Source of the DNA: a virus
Taxonomy: Duplodnaviria; Caudoviricetes
Length of the DNA: 30,958 nucleotides
Reading direction: 5' to 3' (one strand)
IMG/VR virus record: IMGVR_UViG_3300037420_000606
Location: 1 to 30,958 of that record
Position numbers and translations under genes: made by a program. This document shows positions 15,910-24,828 of the stretch, piece after piece. The notes under the pieces were generated by a model. It saw only the letters and a list, made by a program, of their open reading frames with translations, ran no database searches and was not told the DNA's origin. Each line of letters starts with the position of its first letter. Positions within the stretch are counted from its first letter, which is position 1.

Positions 15910-16347
15910 ATGGCGACTTACAACTCTGATAAGGTCATCGGCAACGTGCCGTTGGCCCACCACGGCCTTGGCGGCGGCACGAAGGTCGCCTTTGCCACGA
16001 TTGCCGTTCCCTCGACCATCGCAACGACCGATGCATTGAGCTTTTTCGATCTTCCCGCGGGAGCGAGAGTTGTCCTCGCCGTGCTGGAAGCGGACGATCT
16101 CGACAGCAACGGCACCCCGACCATTACCATCAACGTGGGCGATGCGGGATCGGCGACGCGGTATTTTTCAGCCTCTACCGTGGCCCAGGCCGGCACCCTG
16201 TCAACGGCGATGGCTACGGCAGGTGCGGGTTACTCGAACACGGCCAAGACCCGCGTGACCGGAGTCCTTCAGGCCAACCCGGCGACCGGCGTGGCTGGCA
16301 ACATCTACCTGACGATGTTCTACGTCATCGAAGGCGTGGCGTCCTAA
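15910..16347 (+). CDS. Probable capsid decoration/cement protein
   Basis: GGAG SD; Ala/Thr-rich beta protein with LPAGA.V...DDLD..GTPT...NVGD...RYF motif, following the capsid gene. Confidence 0.65.
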   Translation: MATYNSDKVIGNVPLAHHGLGGGTKVAFATIAVPSTIATTDALSFFDLPAGARVVLAVLEADDLDSNGTPTITINVGDAGSATRYFSASTVAQAGTLSTAMATAGAGYSNTAKTRVTGVLQANPATGVAGNIYLTMFYVIEGVAS

Positions 16348-16352
16348 TGATC

Positions 16353-16386
16353 GGCGGGGGCTGTAATGGCTCCCGCCCTTCCTTTC
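16353..16386 (+). terminator. Hairpin / weak terminator
   Basis: GGCGGGGGC-TGTAATG-GCTCCCGCC followed by CTTCCTTT. Confidence 0.5.
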
Positions 16387-16400
16387 GAGGAGGGTAGTTG

Positions 16401-16982
16401 ATGGCTGCAACCTGCCTCGACATCGTGACCTTTGCCATGCGCTCGCTGGCGCTTCTGGCCTCAGGGGAAACGCCGAGCTCGCAGGAAAGCGAGGATGGGC
16501 TTGTCGCGCTTCAGTCATTCTATGACGAGCTTGTCATGTCCGGCATCTTCGGGCGGCTCGAGGATGTCTATCTTACTGCCAGTGACACGGCGCAGGAGGG
16601 CAATAGATACCTGCTTGCGGCCAGCGTTGTTCTCACCGAGCCGACCATCATCTCTGCGGATGTGACCGAGGATGGAGAAGACAGGCAACCAAGAGACCTG
16701 TCCCTGTATGAGAGCCTGACCAGCACCGGAACACTCTCCCGCAGACTCTACGATCGCACTGGATGGGTGAGCCTGACGGGTCTTACACTGGCCGGTACGG
16801 CTCCCTTGTCCAGCAGAGGCGCGATGGGCCTTGCCGCTGCCGTGGCGTGCTCTGGGGGCTTCTCGGATATGTTCGGCGCCAATCCCGGCGCTCCTCTTCT
16901 CGCGCGCTCACAGCGCTTCCTGTCGAGCCTCTCGCACAAGCTTGGATCGACCCGCGATCGCCTGGCTGCGGAGTATATGTGA
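16401..16982 (+). CDS. Head-to-tail adaptor (P22 gp4-like)
   Basis: T..DIV..AMR.L..LASGE.P...E..DGL..LQ N-terminus; synteny. Confidence 0.75.
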   Translation: MAATCLDIVTFAMRSLALLASGETPSSQESEDGLVALQSFYDELVMSGIFGRLEDVYLTASDTAQEGNRYLLAASVVLTEPTIISADVTEDGEDRQPRDLSLYESLTSTGTLSRRLYDRTGWVSLTGLTLAGTAPLSSRGAMGLAAAVACSGGFSDMFGANPGAPLLARSQRFLSSLSHKLGSTRDRLAAEYM

Positions 16983-18349
16983 GCATTTCCTACGGCAGCT
17001 CTGCCTACAAACGAACCAACGGCGACCTGCCGTCGCTGACGCTCATCAACATGTTCGTCGAGCAGGCGAAGACATCCGAGCAGGGGATAGCTCTCTTGTC
17101 GCGAGAGGGGATGGTTCAATCATCCACGCCCGGAACTGGGCCCATTTACGGCATTTTCTCCAAGCAGGGATGCTTCGGGGGAGACCTGTTCACCGTCTCC
17201 AATAATACCCTCTACCGCGGAACGACTTCGCTGGGAGCGATTACCGGAACGGGCCCAGTTTCCATCGACGGCTCTGATAATGAGGTTGTCGTCACCCGTG
17301 GAGGGACAGCCTACAGCTACAACGGGACCAATTTAGCAGCGATTTCCTTTCCTGATGGGGCCAATGTTCGGGCGGTGTGCTTCATTAACGGGCGGTTTGT
17401 GTTTGTCCGTGATGGATCGGCGAAATTCTACTGGTCGGACATTCTCAACGGCCGAACGGTCAATGCGCTCAATTTCGCTACTGCCGAAAGACAGCCTGAC
17501 CAATTATTGGACGTAAAGGCACGCGGCGACATCCTCTGGCTGCTCGGCCAATCCACGACTGAGGCGTGGAGCAACGATGGCTCGGACGCGGACATCCCTT
17601 TCTCGAGGATCGAACAGGTTGTCTTCGACGTGGGAGCTATGGCCACTGGCTGCACGGTCCTGGCCGACAACACATTGTTCACCATCGGCCACGATGGGGT
17701 TCTTTACCGCACCGGAGAAGTCCCGGAGCGCGTTTCTGATCATTCCATTGAGGAGCGCATTCTCAGCTCCGCGACACAAAAACTGTTCACGTTCAAATAT
17801 CAGGGTCATGAATTTCTCGCTATAAGACTAGATGTCGAAACGTTAGTCTATGATGCTGCAACGCGAGAGTTTTGCGAGTTCCAGTCGTCTCAGGCTAATT
17901 GGATCGCACAATGTGCTACAATGGTTGGTGATTTGGCATATTTCGGCCATTCGATCACTAATCAGGTGCTGATATTCGGCGGATGGGACGATGCTGGCGA
18001 GGAATTGGAACGCAGGTTCTCGGCCGCGCAGCAATTGGATGAGCCGGTCACGATCAATAATATCCGGCTATGGTGCAATGCCGGCCACACGGAGGTGTTG
18101 GGCGGGCAGGGCTCCGATCCCCAAGTCGAAATGCGTTATTCGAGAAACGCAGGGAATAGCTGGAGCGCCTTTAGCTCGGCCAGATTGGGGGCAACCGGAC
18201 AATATCGCACAGTTCCCGCATGGAGACGGTTGGGTCAGTTCGATTTCCCTGGACTGTTGCTTGAGTTCCGGTTGACCGATCCGGTGCCGTTCAGGGTCTC
18301 GTCAGTAAAAGCCAACGACTTCTCCGGTGGTAGATCAAGAGGTGGCTAA
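16979..18349 (+). CDS. Tail hub / packaged-DNA stabilisation protein (P22 gp10-like)
   Basis: GTGA coupling at 16979; beta-propeller-like, LNFATAE..PD, TEAW, Y.GHEF, TLVYD..T, WRRLG, FRLTDPV. Confidence 0.85.
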   Translation: MSISYGSSAYKRTNGDLPSLTLINMFVEQAKTSEQGIALLSREGMVQSSTPGTGPIYGIFSKQGCFGGDLFTVSNNTLYRGTTSLGAITGTGPVSIDGSDNEVVVTRGGTAYSYNGTNLAAISFPDGANVRAVCFINGRFVFVRDGSAKFYWSDILNGRTVNALNFATAERQPDQLLDVKARGDILWLLGQSTTEAWSNDGSDADIPFSRIEQVVFDVGAMATGCTVLADNTLFTIGHDGVLYRTGEVPERVSDHSIEERILSSATQKLFTFKYQGHEFLAIRLDVETLVYDAATREFCEFQSSQANWIAQCATMVGDLAYFGHSITNQVLIFGGWDDAGEELERRFSAAQQLDEPVTINNIRLWCNAGHTEVLGGQGSDPQVEMRYSRNAGNSWSAFSSARLGATGQYRTVPAWRRLGQFDFPGLLLEFRLTDPVPFRVSSVKANDFSGGRSRGG

Positions 18350-19205
18350 GCTTCTCGACCGACGGACTGGCCAAAACTCTTCGGGAATTGCGTTTCAGAG
18401 ATTGTGGCAAAAGAATTGCGAGCTGATTGAAGCCCAATTCGCCGATATCTTTCTGGCGCTGGCCTCGATCTCCGATGTTGCTCCGATAACCATCGTTGCC
18501 GACTACACAGGAGCGGTGAATCCGGCCAACCAGCTGCCCTATCAGGTTGCGATCAAGCGCTTCAGCGGCGACACGGACGTAACCACCTTGACGGTATGGT
18601 CCCTTGCTGCCGATGCGGGGATCACGGCGACGATCGGGGCTTCCACCGGGCTTCTGTCGATTACTGCGATCACGGCTTCGGGCAACATCACGGTTTCCAG
18701 CCTCTACAACGGGATAACAAAGACAAAGCTGGTCCCTGTTACTCTGAGCATCGGAGCGCCGCCATCCACCGGCACCGGCGGCGGCAGTTCAACTGCATCG
18801 GACACAACGTTCAATTCGATCAATTCGGCAACCCATGCCGCGATTTCCGACGAGCTCACGGTGACAGTGGGATCATCCGGGACGGTCACGCTAAATGCCG
18901 CGTCGCTGACGGTGAGAACGGCCAAGGATACGACCGGCACTTTCCCTGTTTACGGCATCTGGCGGTGGTGGAACGGGTCTTCATACGTAGATGTCGGGAC
19001 CGAGGTTCAGAGCAGCCCGAATTGCACGCTCGATTTTGATTCGGAGACGGGGATCTACTTCTTCGATCCCGCTGGGAGCCTGACGGTCAACAGTTCGAAA
19101 AGTGGGCTTGGGGTCAGCAGCAGCCAGAAGTTCCAGCTGTATGCCCGCAACTCTTCAGGAACGCGGACGATGACCTTCACCGGGACGGCTTCGGCAATCC
19201 CATGA
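18327..19205 (+). CDS. Tail protein at the gp26 (needle) position with an Ig-like domain
   Basis: Short helical N-term (FQRLWQK..E.IE), then Thr/Ser-rich beta domains. Start may be 18342. Confidence 0.6.
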   Translation: MVDQEVAKLLDRRTGQNSSGIAFQRLWQKNCELIEAQFADIFLALASISDVAPITIVADYTGAVNPANQLPYQVAIKRFSGDTDVTTLTVWSLAADAGITATIGASTGLLSITAITASGNITVSSLYNGITKTKLVPVTLSIGAPPSTGTGGGSSTASDTTFNSINSATHAAISDELTVTVGSSGTVTLNAASLTVRTAKDTTGTFPVYGIWRWWNGSSYVDVGTEVQSSPNCTLDFDSETGIYFFDPAGSLTVNSSKSGLGVSSSQKFQLYARNSSGTRTMTFTGTASAIP

Positions 19206-19588
19206 TCCGACGCGCTTCGGTCGAGGATGTCGAGAGCATCAACGACTGGATCTATCGCGACAGCGGCAAGAGACCGGATTTCAGCTTCTTTCTCGCCGAT
19301 CGGATGAATGTCTGCCTTACCGAAGGCGAGGGTGGAGCCTTGTTCGTGTGGCGTGGGCCGGGGATTTTCGAGGTTCACGTCTTCTTCACTCAACGGGGAA
19401 AGTCGGTTCTCCGTCTCTCCCGCGAAATGCTCGAAATCATGCGCCGGGATTACGGTGCTGAACTGTTCTGGGCGGCGGTCCCGGTCGAATCCCGCCACGT
19501 CATCATGTTCACCCGCCTGATGGGCTGGAAGTCACACGGTTTCGCCGAGCTTCCGCAGGGCCGGTGCGAACTTTTCATCGGAGAATAG
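19202..19588 (+). CDS. GNAT-fold/DUF2824-like protein (P22 gp14 position)
   Basis: IRRA..ED; GIFEVHVFF..RG; ...R.MGWK..G; synteny. Confidence 0.65.
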   Translation: MIRRASVEDVESINDWIYRDSGKRPDFSFFLADRMNVCLTEGEGGALFVWRGPGIFEVHVFFTQRGKSVLRLSREMLEIMRRDYGAELFWAAVPVESRHVIMFTRLMGWKSHGFAELPQGRCELFIGE

Positions 19589-19589
19589 G

Positions 19590-20552
19590 ATGCCTCCAGC
19601 TGTAATCGCTGCCGGCGCTGTCGCCGCCGGCACCATCGGCGGCGCCGTCATTGGCTCATCGGCGCAGAAGAAGGCCGCGAACCAGGCCAATGCCGCTCAA
19701 CAGCGGTCAACCGACGCCCAGCTTCAGCTTGGCCGCGAGAACATTAATTTCCAGCAGGGCATCTATAACCAGAACAGGGGGTTACTCAGCCCATTTGTTG
19801 AGCGGGGAAATGTTGCGGGCCAGTCGATCAATGCTCTGCTTGGACTTCCCTCTGCGCCTTCATCCAGTGCGCCTACTGGTGTCCAGACCGCGCCTGTCGC
19901 CGGACAGGTGGCAGTCAATGATCCAGCGTGGTCCGAGGGCGCGTTGCAGGCGATGGGGCTCGGCTCGCGTGGGGATTCGGTCGGCACTTTGCAGGGCCAT
20001 CTGGGCGGACAAATCGAGGGCCAGCTTCCCGATTATGTCCGCCAGCGTTACGACAGTTACGTTCAGAGCCACCCCCAACAGCAGCAGCAACAGCAGACTA
20101 CGGCTGCGCCTACCGGCACCCAGCCCTTGGATGCGTTCAACAACTTCGCCAATTCGGCGGGGATGCAGTTCCAGCTCCAGCAGGGCGAGAACGCGATCAA
20201 CAATGGCTATGCTGCAAAAGGGCAGCTTCAGTCAGGCGCTGCTCTAAAGGGTCTTCAGAATTACGGCCAGCAAACCGCTCTGAATAACTACTTCCTGCCG
20301 TATCTGGGGCTTCTCGGCGGCCAGCAGGCAACCGGAGCACAGGCCGGTTCGGCAATCGCCGGGGTAGGTTCCAACTTCGGCAATACCGTTGCCAACATCT
20401 ACGGCCAGCAGGGCAATGCGATTCAATCCGGGGCAAATGCGGCTTCCAATGCGGCTCTGTTGAGAGGTCAGGCCAATAATAATATGTGGTCCGGCATCGC
20501 ATCTGGGCTCGGCACCTTCGCCTCAAGCTTCGCTCCTCCGAAGGGCTTCTGA
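19590..20552 (+). CDS. DNA ejection protein (P22 gp7-like)
   Basis: Gly/Ala-rich hydrophobic N-term, LSPF...G, G.QFQLQQG..AI....AA.G.L.SGA.LK.L..YGQ. Confidence 0.8.
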   Translation: MPPAVIAAGAVAAGTIGGAVIGSSAQKKAANQANAAQQRSTDAQLQLGRENINFQQGIYNQNRGLLSPFVERGNVAGQSINALLGLPSAPSSSAPTGVQTAPVAGQVAVNDPAWSEGALQAMGLGSRGDSVGTLQGHLGGQIEGQLPDYVRQRYDSYVQSHPQQQQQQQTTAAPTGTQPLDAFNNFANSAGMQFQLQQGENAINNGYAAKGQLQSGAALKGLQNYGQQTALNNYFLPYLGLLGGQQATGAQAGSAIAGVGSNFGNTVANIYGQQGNAIQSGANAASNAALLRGQANNNMWSGIASGLGTFASSFAPPKGF

Positions 20553-20553
20553 G

Positions 20554-21249
20554 ATGGCGGATGTCAACTGGTCCTTGGGTCTCCCACAGCAAAACCCTGG
20601 GAACGCCTTTCTGGACGCCTTCAAGCAGGGCCAGCAGCAACGCCGGCAGGATCAGGCACGGCAGGCGATGGGAGCGCTTGTCCAGAACCCCAACGACCCA
20701 AAGGCTTTGGCTGCATTGGCCCAGGTTGATCCGCAGAGTGCGATGGAGTTCCGCAAGCAGCAGATCGAATATTCCAAGGCCCAACTGGCCCAGCACCAGG
20801 ATTCGATCCTCAAGGGCGCTGAAATCGTGCGCCAGTTCAATCCCAAGGATCAGCAGAGCTACACCGCAGCGCTTCAGGCGGCCCAGGCGGCGGGCATCGA
20901 TGTGTCCCAGGTTCCGCAGCAATATAACCCGCAATATGTCGATGGAGTGATGAAGCTTGCTGATGCGCTAAAGCCTCAAACTTCTGACAACACGCATTTC
21001 ATCACTCCGCAGCCCGGCGGCGGCGCCTATGCCTACGATCCGCGAACTGGCGGCGTCACGACCATCATCGCTCCTAATCCTGGGGACCAGGCTCCTGGCG
21101 CGCCGGTTCAGGCTGGAGGGTTGCCACACGTCAGCGACCAGCGGAGCTACGATGCGATCCCTCCGGGAACGCAGTATATGACCCCTGACGGGCATGTGAG
21201 AGTGAAGCAAGGAGGTCAGCCGGTTGCCCCGGCTGGCGGGTTTCCATGA
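20554..21249 (+). CDS. DNA ejection protein (gp20-like position)
   Basis: Gln/Ala-rich helical protein; C-term YDAIPPGTQY.TPDG.VRVK; ends GGFP*. Confidence 0.65.
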   Translation: MADVNWSLGLPQQNPGNAFLDAFKQGQQQRRQDQARQAMGALVQNPNDPKALAALAQVDPQSAMEFRKQQIEYSKAQLAQHQDSILKGAEIVRQFNPKDQQSYTAALQAAQAAGIDVSQVPQQYNPQYVDGVMKLADALKPQTSDNTHFITPQPGGGAYAYDPRTGGVTTIIAPNPGDQAPGAPVQAGGLPHVSDQRSYDAIPPGTQYMTPDGHVRVKQGGQPVAPAGGFP

Positions 21250-21610
21250 TACCACCGCGCGCAGTGAAAGCGGCGGCCGTGACTATTATCCGAGCGGCGC
21301 TCCTGTCGTCAGCCCCAAGGGGGCGATGTATGCCATGCAGGTGATGCCCGGCACGGCCCGCGATCCCGGTTTCGGGGTGGCTCCGGCTCAATCCTCGACA
21401 CCTTCTGAATATAACCGGGTCGGACGGCAATATCTGGATGCGCTTCGCCAGAAGTACGGTGGGGATCCGGCGAAGATGTGGGGCGCCTACAATTGGGGAC
21501 CGGGCAATCTCGATAATGCCCTCAACCGCTACGGCGGGGACTGGCTGCGTTATGCGCCCAAAGAAACACAGGATTATGTAAGACGCAATCTGGCGGGGAG
21601 CGGACTGTAA
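21224..21610 (+). CDS. Lytic transglycosylase (SLT/GH23) domain
   Basis: ESGG catalytic Glu, SPKGA...MQVMPGTA, YL..L...YG, AYNWGPG, KETQDYV. Confidence 0.9.
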   Translation: MPRLAGFHDTTARSESGGRDYYPSGAPVVSPKGAMYAMQVMPGTARDPGFGVAPAQSSTPSEYNRVGRQYLDALRQKYGGDPAKMWGAYNWGPGNLDNALNRYGGDWLRYAPKETQDYVRRNLAGSGL

Positions 21611-24493
21611 ATGGCGAATCCCTGGGACAATGATCCGGTCGTGAGCACCCCCCAAAGCGGCCCCATTTACGGCTTGCCGCGCCAAGCGCCGATGCAGACG
21701 CCAGCCCAATCGCAGCAGGATCAGCTTCAGGTCCAACATTTGGGCCAGCAGATCCAGGCCCAGCCGCTTCAGAATGAGAATACCGCGGTCAACATCCAGC
21801 AGGGCCGCGCCGGCATACAGAACCAGCAGTTCAACCAGAACCAGGCGCTGCGGCAGGAGTTCAACGCCCTCCCCGAGATCAAGAATTACAGCGCGGCGGT
21901 TCAGTCTCTCGGGACAGCTCTGAAAGCTCCCGATAGCCCGCAGGGTGATCTCGCGGTAATCTATGCCTATGCCAAGGCCGCCGATCCCGGCTCGGTCGTT
22001 CGCGAAGGCGAGGTGGACATGGCGACGGCCACCGCATCTCTCCCGGAGAAATACCGGGCCGAGGTCGGGAAGCTGACCGAGGGCAAGCGCCTTCCTCCCG
22101 AGGTTCGGACGGGCCTCATCGAAACGATGCGCCAGTCCGTAGGTGGATTGAGGCAGGTCTATGACCAGCAGAGGGAACGTTATTCGGCTCTTGCCCAGCA
22201 GAATGGCTTCGATCCTAAGCAGATCGTCGGCGAGCCTCTTTACCAAGCCTATGAACCTTCCGAAGAGCAATATATCCGCGCGCATGGTGGGACGCCGCGG
22301 ATCAATGGCGTGCCGATCGATCAGCCTGCTCCACAGGGCGAGGCGCCAACGCAAGCGGTTGGTCAATTCGGTGATGCCCGCGGGGAAGCACCGCTTCCGC
22401 CACATGCCGAGGATTTCCGCAACGGCCTTTATTCGGCCATGCGGAACCGGCAGATCAATTCCCCGGCCGACATGAAGGCATGGGTCCAGCAGTTCAATCA
22501 ACAGAACGGGACACAATACCAGCCCCAACTCACCGCCAAGGACACGCTGAAGGCAATTAATGCCGCGCGGAAGGGCCAGGCGTTCAACGTCGAGCTGCCC
22601 AAATACATGCCGGATATTTCCGACGCGCGTGGCGGCAATGGAATCGGAGAGAAGGCCGATGCCGCGCTTCGCGGTGCTGCGGATACGGCTTCATTCGGCA
22701 TCGCAGACAAGGCCGCAGCGCTGGGTGACACAGTAACGCGCGGCGGAACCTATGACGAGAATTTGGCGCGCCAATATGCGATCTCCGATTATGATACACA
22801 AAAGCACTTCCCCTCTCGCTTCGGCGGTCAGATCGTCGGCGGCTTCGCTGTTCCGGTGGGTGAGATGGCTTCGATCCCGCAGGTCATGGGCAAGAGCGCA
22901 GCTGCCGGCGCAGCTTACGGGACAGGTTCGTCACGGTCCCTCGCAGATGTGCCGCAGAATGCCTTCCTTGGAGGCATTGCGGGCGGCGCGATCGGTGGAG
23001 TGGTCGGAGGTGCGCCGCGCGTTATTGGGGCCTTGCGCCGCGCTCCTGGCGAAGTCCCACCACTGGTCGATCCACAGACAGGCCAGCTCAACCAACCTTT
23101 GGAAGCGATGACTCCGGGCCAGCGGGTGGTCAAAGCCGAGGAATATGGCGTCAACCTTCCCGCCGATGCGGCTGGAGGGCGAACCGCCGCCGTCATCGGC
23201 AAGGGTCTCGACATCATGCCCGGATCTGCCGGCGTGATGGAGGATGCGCGCAGGGCCACGGAAAGCCAGGTTGCCGACGCTTCTGACGTAGTTGCCTCAC
23301 GTTTCGGTAATGCGCGCACGATGAACGAGGCCGGAGCCGAGCTTCAGCGCGGAGCGAACGAGCGGATCGAGCGCGGCAAGGCGGTCATCAACAAGGCTTA
23401 TGAGGCGATTCCGATTGCGGATCAGGCTCCGGCATCTACGAGCAATAGCGTTGCCACTCTTCAGAGCCTTACCGGGCGGTTCCAGTCGAACCCTGATCTA
23501 GCTGCGACGCTGAAAGACCCGAAACTGGCCGGCTATCTCGATGCTTTGCAAAAGGGCGGCCTCAGCTGGCAGGATCTGAAGGATTTCCGGTCGATCATCG
23601 GCGAAAAAATCGGCGAAATGCGCTTTGGCGAAAGCTCCAGCACATCTGACCTTCGCGCTCTTTACGCTGGTCTTTCGGAAGACATGCAGACGACTGCTGC
23701 GCAAATGGGGCCGCGTGCCACAGCTGCGTTCAATCGCGCCAACAACCTCAACCGCGAAAACGAACAGATGATCCAGGGAGCATTGACCCGCATTCTCGGC
23801 AAGAATGGCCAATTAGCTCCGGAGAAGGCTGCTGCCGCGGTCCAGGCGATGACCAAGGGCGGCAAATCAACCGGAGACTTGAGAACATTGGCTCAGATCC
23901 GCTCGGCGACGATCAAGAGTGGGGCATGGAATGAAATTGCCTCGACCCTGATCCGCCTGGGCGGTCAGCCAGTCAATTCTGCGGGGAGGGATTTCAACCC
24001 GCAGACCTTCGTCAACTGGTATGCCGACATGGCCGAACCTGCCCGGAAGATGCTGTTTGGCAAGTCCGAGCTCAGAGACGCATTGGACGGCTTTGTGGCC
24101 GTCAACCAGCGTCTTCAGAAGGTCAACGCTCTCCGCAACACCTCGAACACCGCGGGAAATCTCACCGCGGCAGGAACGGTGGGCACGATGGCCGCATCTC
24201 TCGGCAGTCCGCTGCTTGGGGCAAAGCTGCTTGGCGTCATGGCTGGAAACTACGGCATGGCGAAAGCATGGACCAATCCGGCTTTCGTGCGTCTGATTAC
24301 CGGTTATTCGAAAGCTGTAGCCTCTGGAAACCAGAACGCGGTTAAATCGCAGATCGGCCGCATCGGAAAGCTGGCTACGACCAATCCGGATCTTCGTGAG
24401 CCGCTGATCGCGCTTCAGCAGCGCCTTGCGAACGACAATTACACCCCCTCGGTTGCGGCCTCAAGTTCCAACCAGGCTGACCAGAACCAGTAG
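21611..24493 (+). CDS. Large DNA ejection protein (gp16-like)
   Basis: 960 aa, NPWD.DP N-terminus, DPGSVVREGE motif, Ala/Gly-rich hydrophobic segments; P22 synteny. Confidence 0.75.
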   Translation: MANPWDNDPVVSTPQSGPIYGLPRQAPMQTPAQSQQDQLQVQHLGQQIQAQPLQNENTAVNIQQGRAGIQNQQFNQNQALRQEFNALPEIKNYSAAVQSLGTALKAPDSPQGDLAVIYAYAKAADPGSVVREGEVDMATATASLPEKYRAEVGKLTEGKRLPPEVRTGLIETMRQSVGGLRQVYDQQRERYSALAQQNGFDPKQIVGEPLYQAYEPSEEQYIRAHGGTPRINGVPIDQPAPQGEAPTQAVGQFGDARGEAPLPPHAEDFRNGLYSAMRNRQINSPADMKAWVQQFNQQNGTQYQPQLTAKDTLKAINAARKGQAFNVELPKYMPDISDARGGNGIGEKADAALRGAADTASFGIADKAAALGDTVTRGGTYDENLARQYAISDYDTQKHFPSRFGGQIVGGFAVPVGEMASIPQVMGKSAAAGAAYGTGSSRSLADVPQNAFLGGIAGGAIGGVVGGAPRVIGALRRAPGEVPPLVDPQTGQLNQPLEAMTPGQRVVKAEEYGVNLPADAAGGRTAAVIGKGLDIMPGSAGVMEDARRATESQVADASDVVASRFGNARTMNEAGAELQRGANERIERGKAVINKAYEAIPIADQAPASTSNSVATLQSLTGRFQSNPDLAATLKDPKLAGYLDALQKGGLSWQDLKDFRSIIGEKIGEMRFGESSSTSDLRALYAGLSEDMQTTAAQMGPRATAAFNRANNLNRENEQMIQGALTRILGKNGQLAPEKAAAAVQAMTKGGKSTGDLRTLAQIRSATIKSGAWNEIASTLIRLGGQPVNSAGRDFNPQTFVNWYADMAEPARKMLFGKSELRDALDGFVAVNQRLQKVNALRNTSNTAGNLTAAGTVGTMAASLGSPLLGAKLLGVMAGNYGMAKAWTNPAFVRLITGYSKAVASGNQNAVKSQIGRIGKLATTNPDLREPLIALQQRLANDNYTPSVAASSSNQADQNQ

Positions 24494-24577
24494 GGCTGAC
24501 ACCGAATAAACCCGCCATCTTCGCGGCGTGAACCAGCCTGCGAACGCAAGCAGGAAAATTACCTGCCAAGCCTTCAT
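24461..24577 (-). CDS. Small two-helix membrane peptide (38 aa)
   Basis: MKAWQVIFLLAFAGWFTPRRWRVYSVSALLVLVSLVGT*; ATGA coupling to the upstream lipoprotein on the minus strand. Confidence 0.45.
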   Translation of the reverse strand: MKAWQVIFLLAFAGWFTPRRWRVYSVSALLVLVSLVGT

Positions 24578-24792
24578 ACGCACTCGAATGTCATGTGATC
24601 CTGAAGGTCGTTCTCGGAACTGACGCGGGCCGATTTGCCGAGCTTCGCGCAATAGTTCTGAGCAATTTGGAGAGCCTTGTTCGGCTGCCAACCGTAGCTC
24701 GAGACGATTCCGCCCGCCGGAGTGGTGGATGTCAGATGTGGCCCAGAACAGCCACCGACCAGCAGAAACGCAGCCAAAAATCCCGTTCGCAT
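24574..24792 (-). CDS. Small lipoprotein, candidate superinfection exclusion moron
   Basis: Lipobox LLVGG-C; A..YCA..GK.A....FEC disulfide pattern; inverted, between gp16-like and tail fibre genes. Confidence 0.7.
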   Translation of the reverse strand: MRTGFLAAFLLVGGCSGPHLTSTTPAGGIVSSYGWQPNKALQIAQNYCAKLGKSARVSSENDLQDHMTFECV

Positions 24793-24828
24793 GGGCGGGG
24801 AATAACAGCTTTCGCCACGGAGTAACAG

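Noticed and set aside
16763-16978. N-terminal extension of the gp10-like ORF
   Set aside because: Overlaps the gp4-like gene; the GTGA-coupled start at 16979 is more plausible
20077-20097. CAG/CAA poly-Gln tract as a phase-variable repeat
   Set aside because: Short, in-frame and interrupted, within a Gln-rich low-complexity linker
21131-22528. 465-aa minus-strand ORF and other long antisense ORFs (e.g. 14603..15445, 12561..13193, 20197..20934)
   Set aside because: Shadow ORFs of GC-rich + strand genes with no recognisable motifs
21611-24493. Tape measure protein
   Set aside because: No tail tube, chaperone or baseplate genes; P22-type synteny indicates an ejection protein
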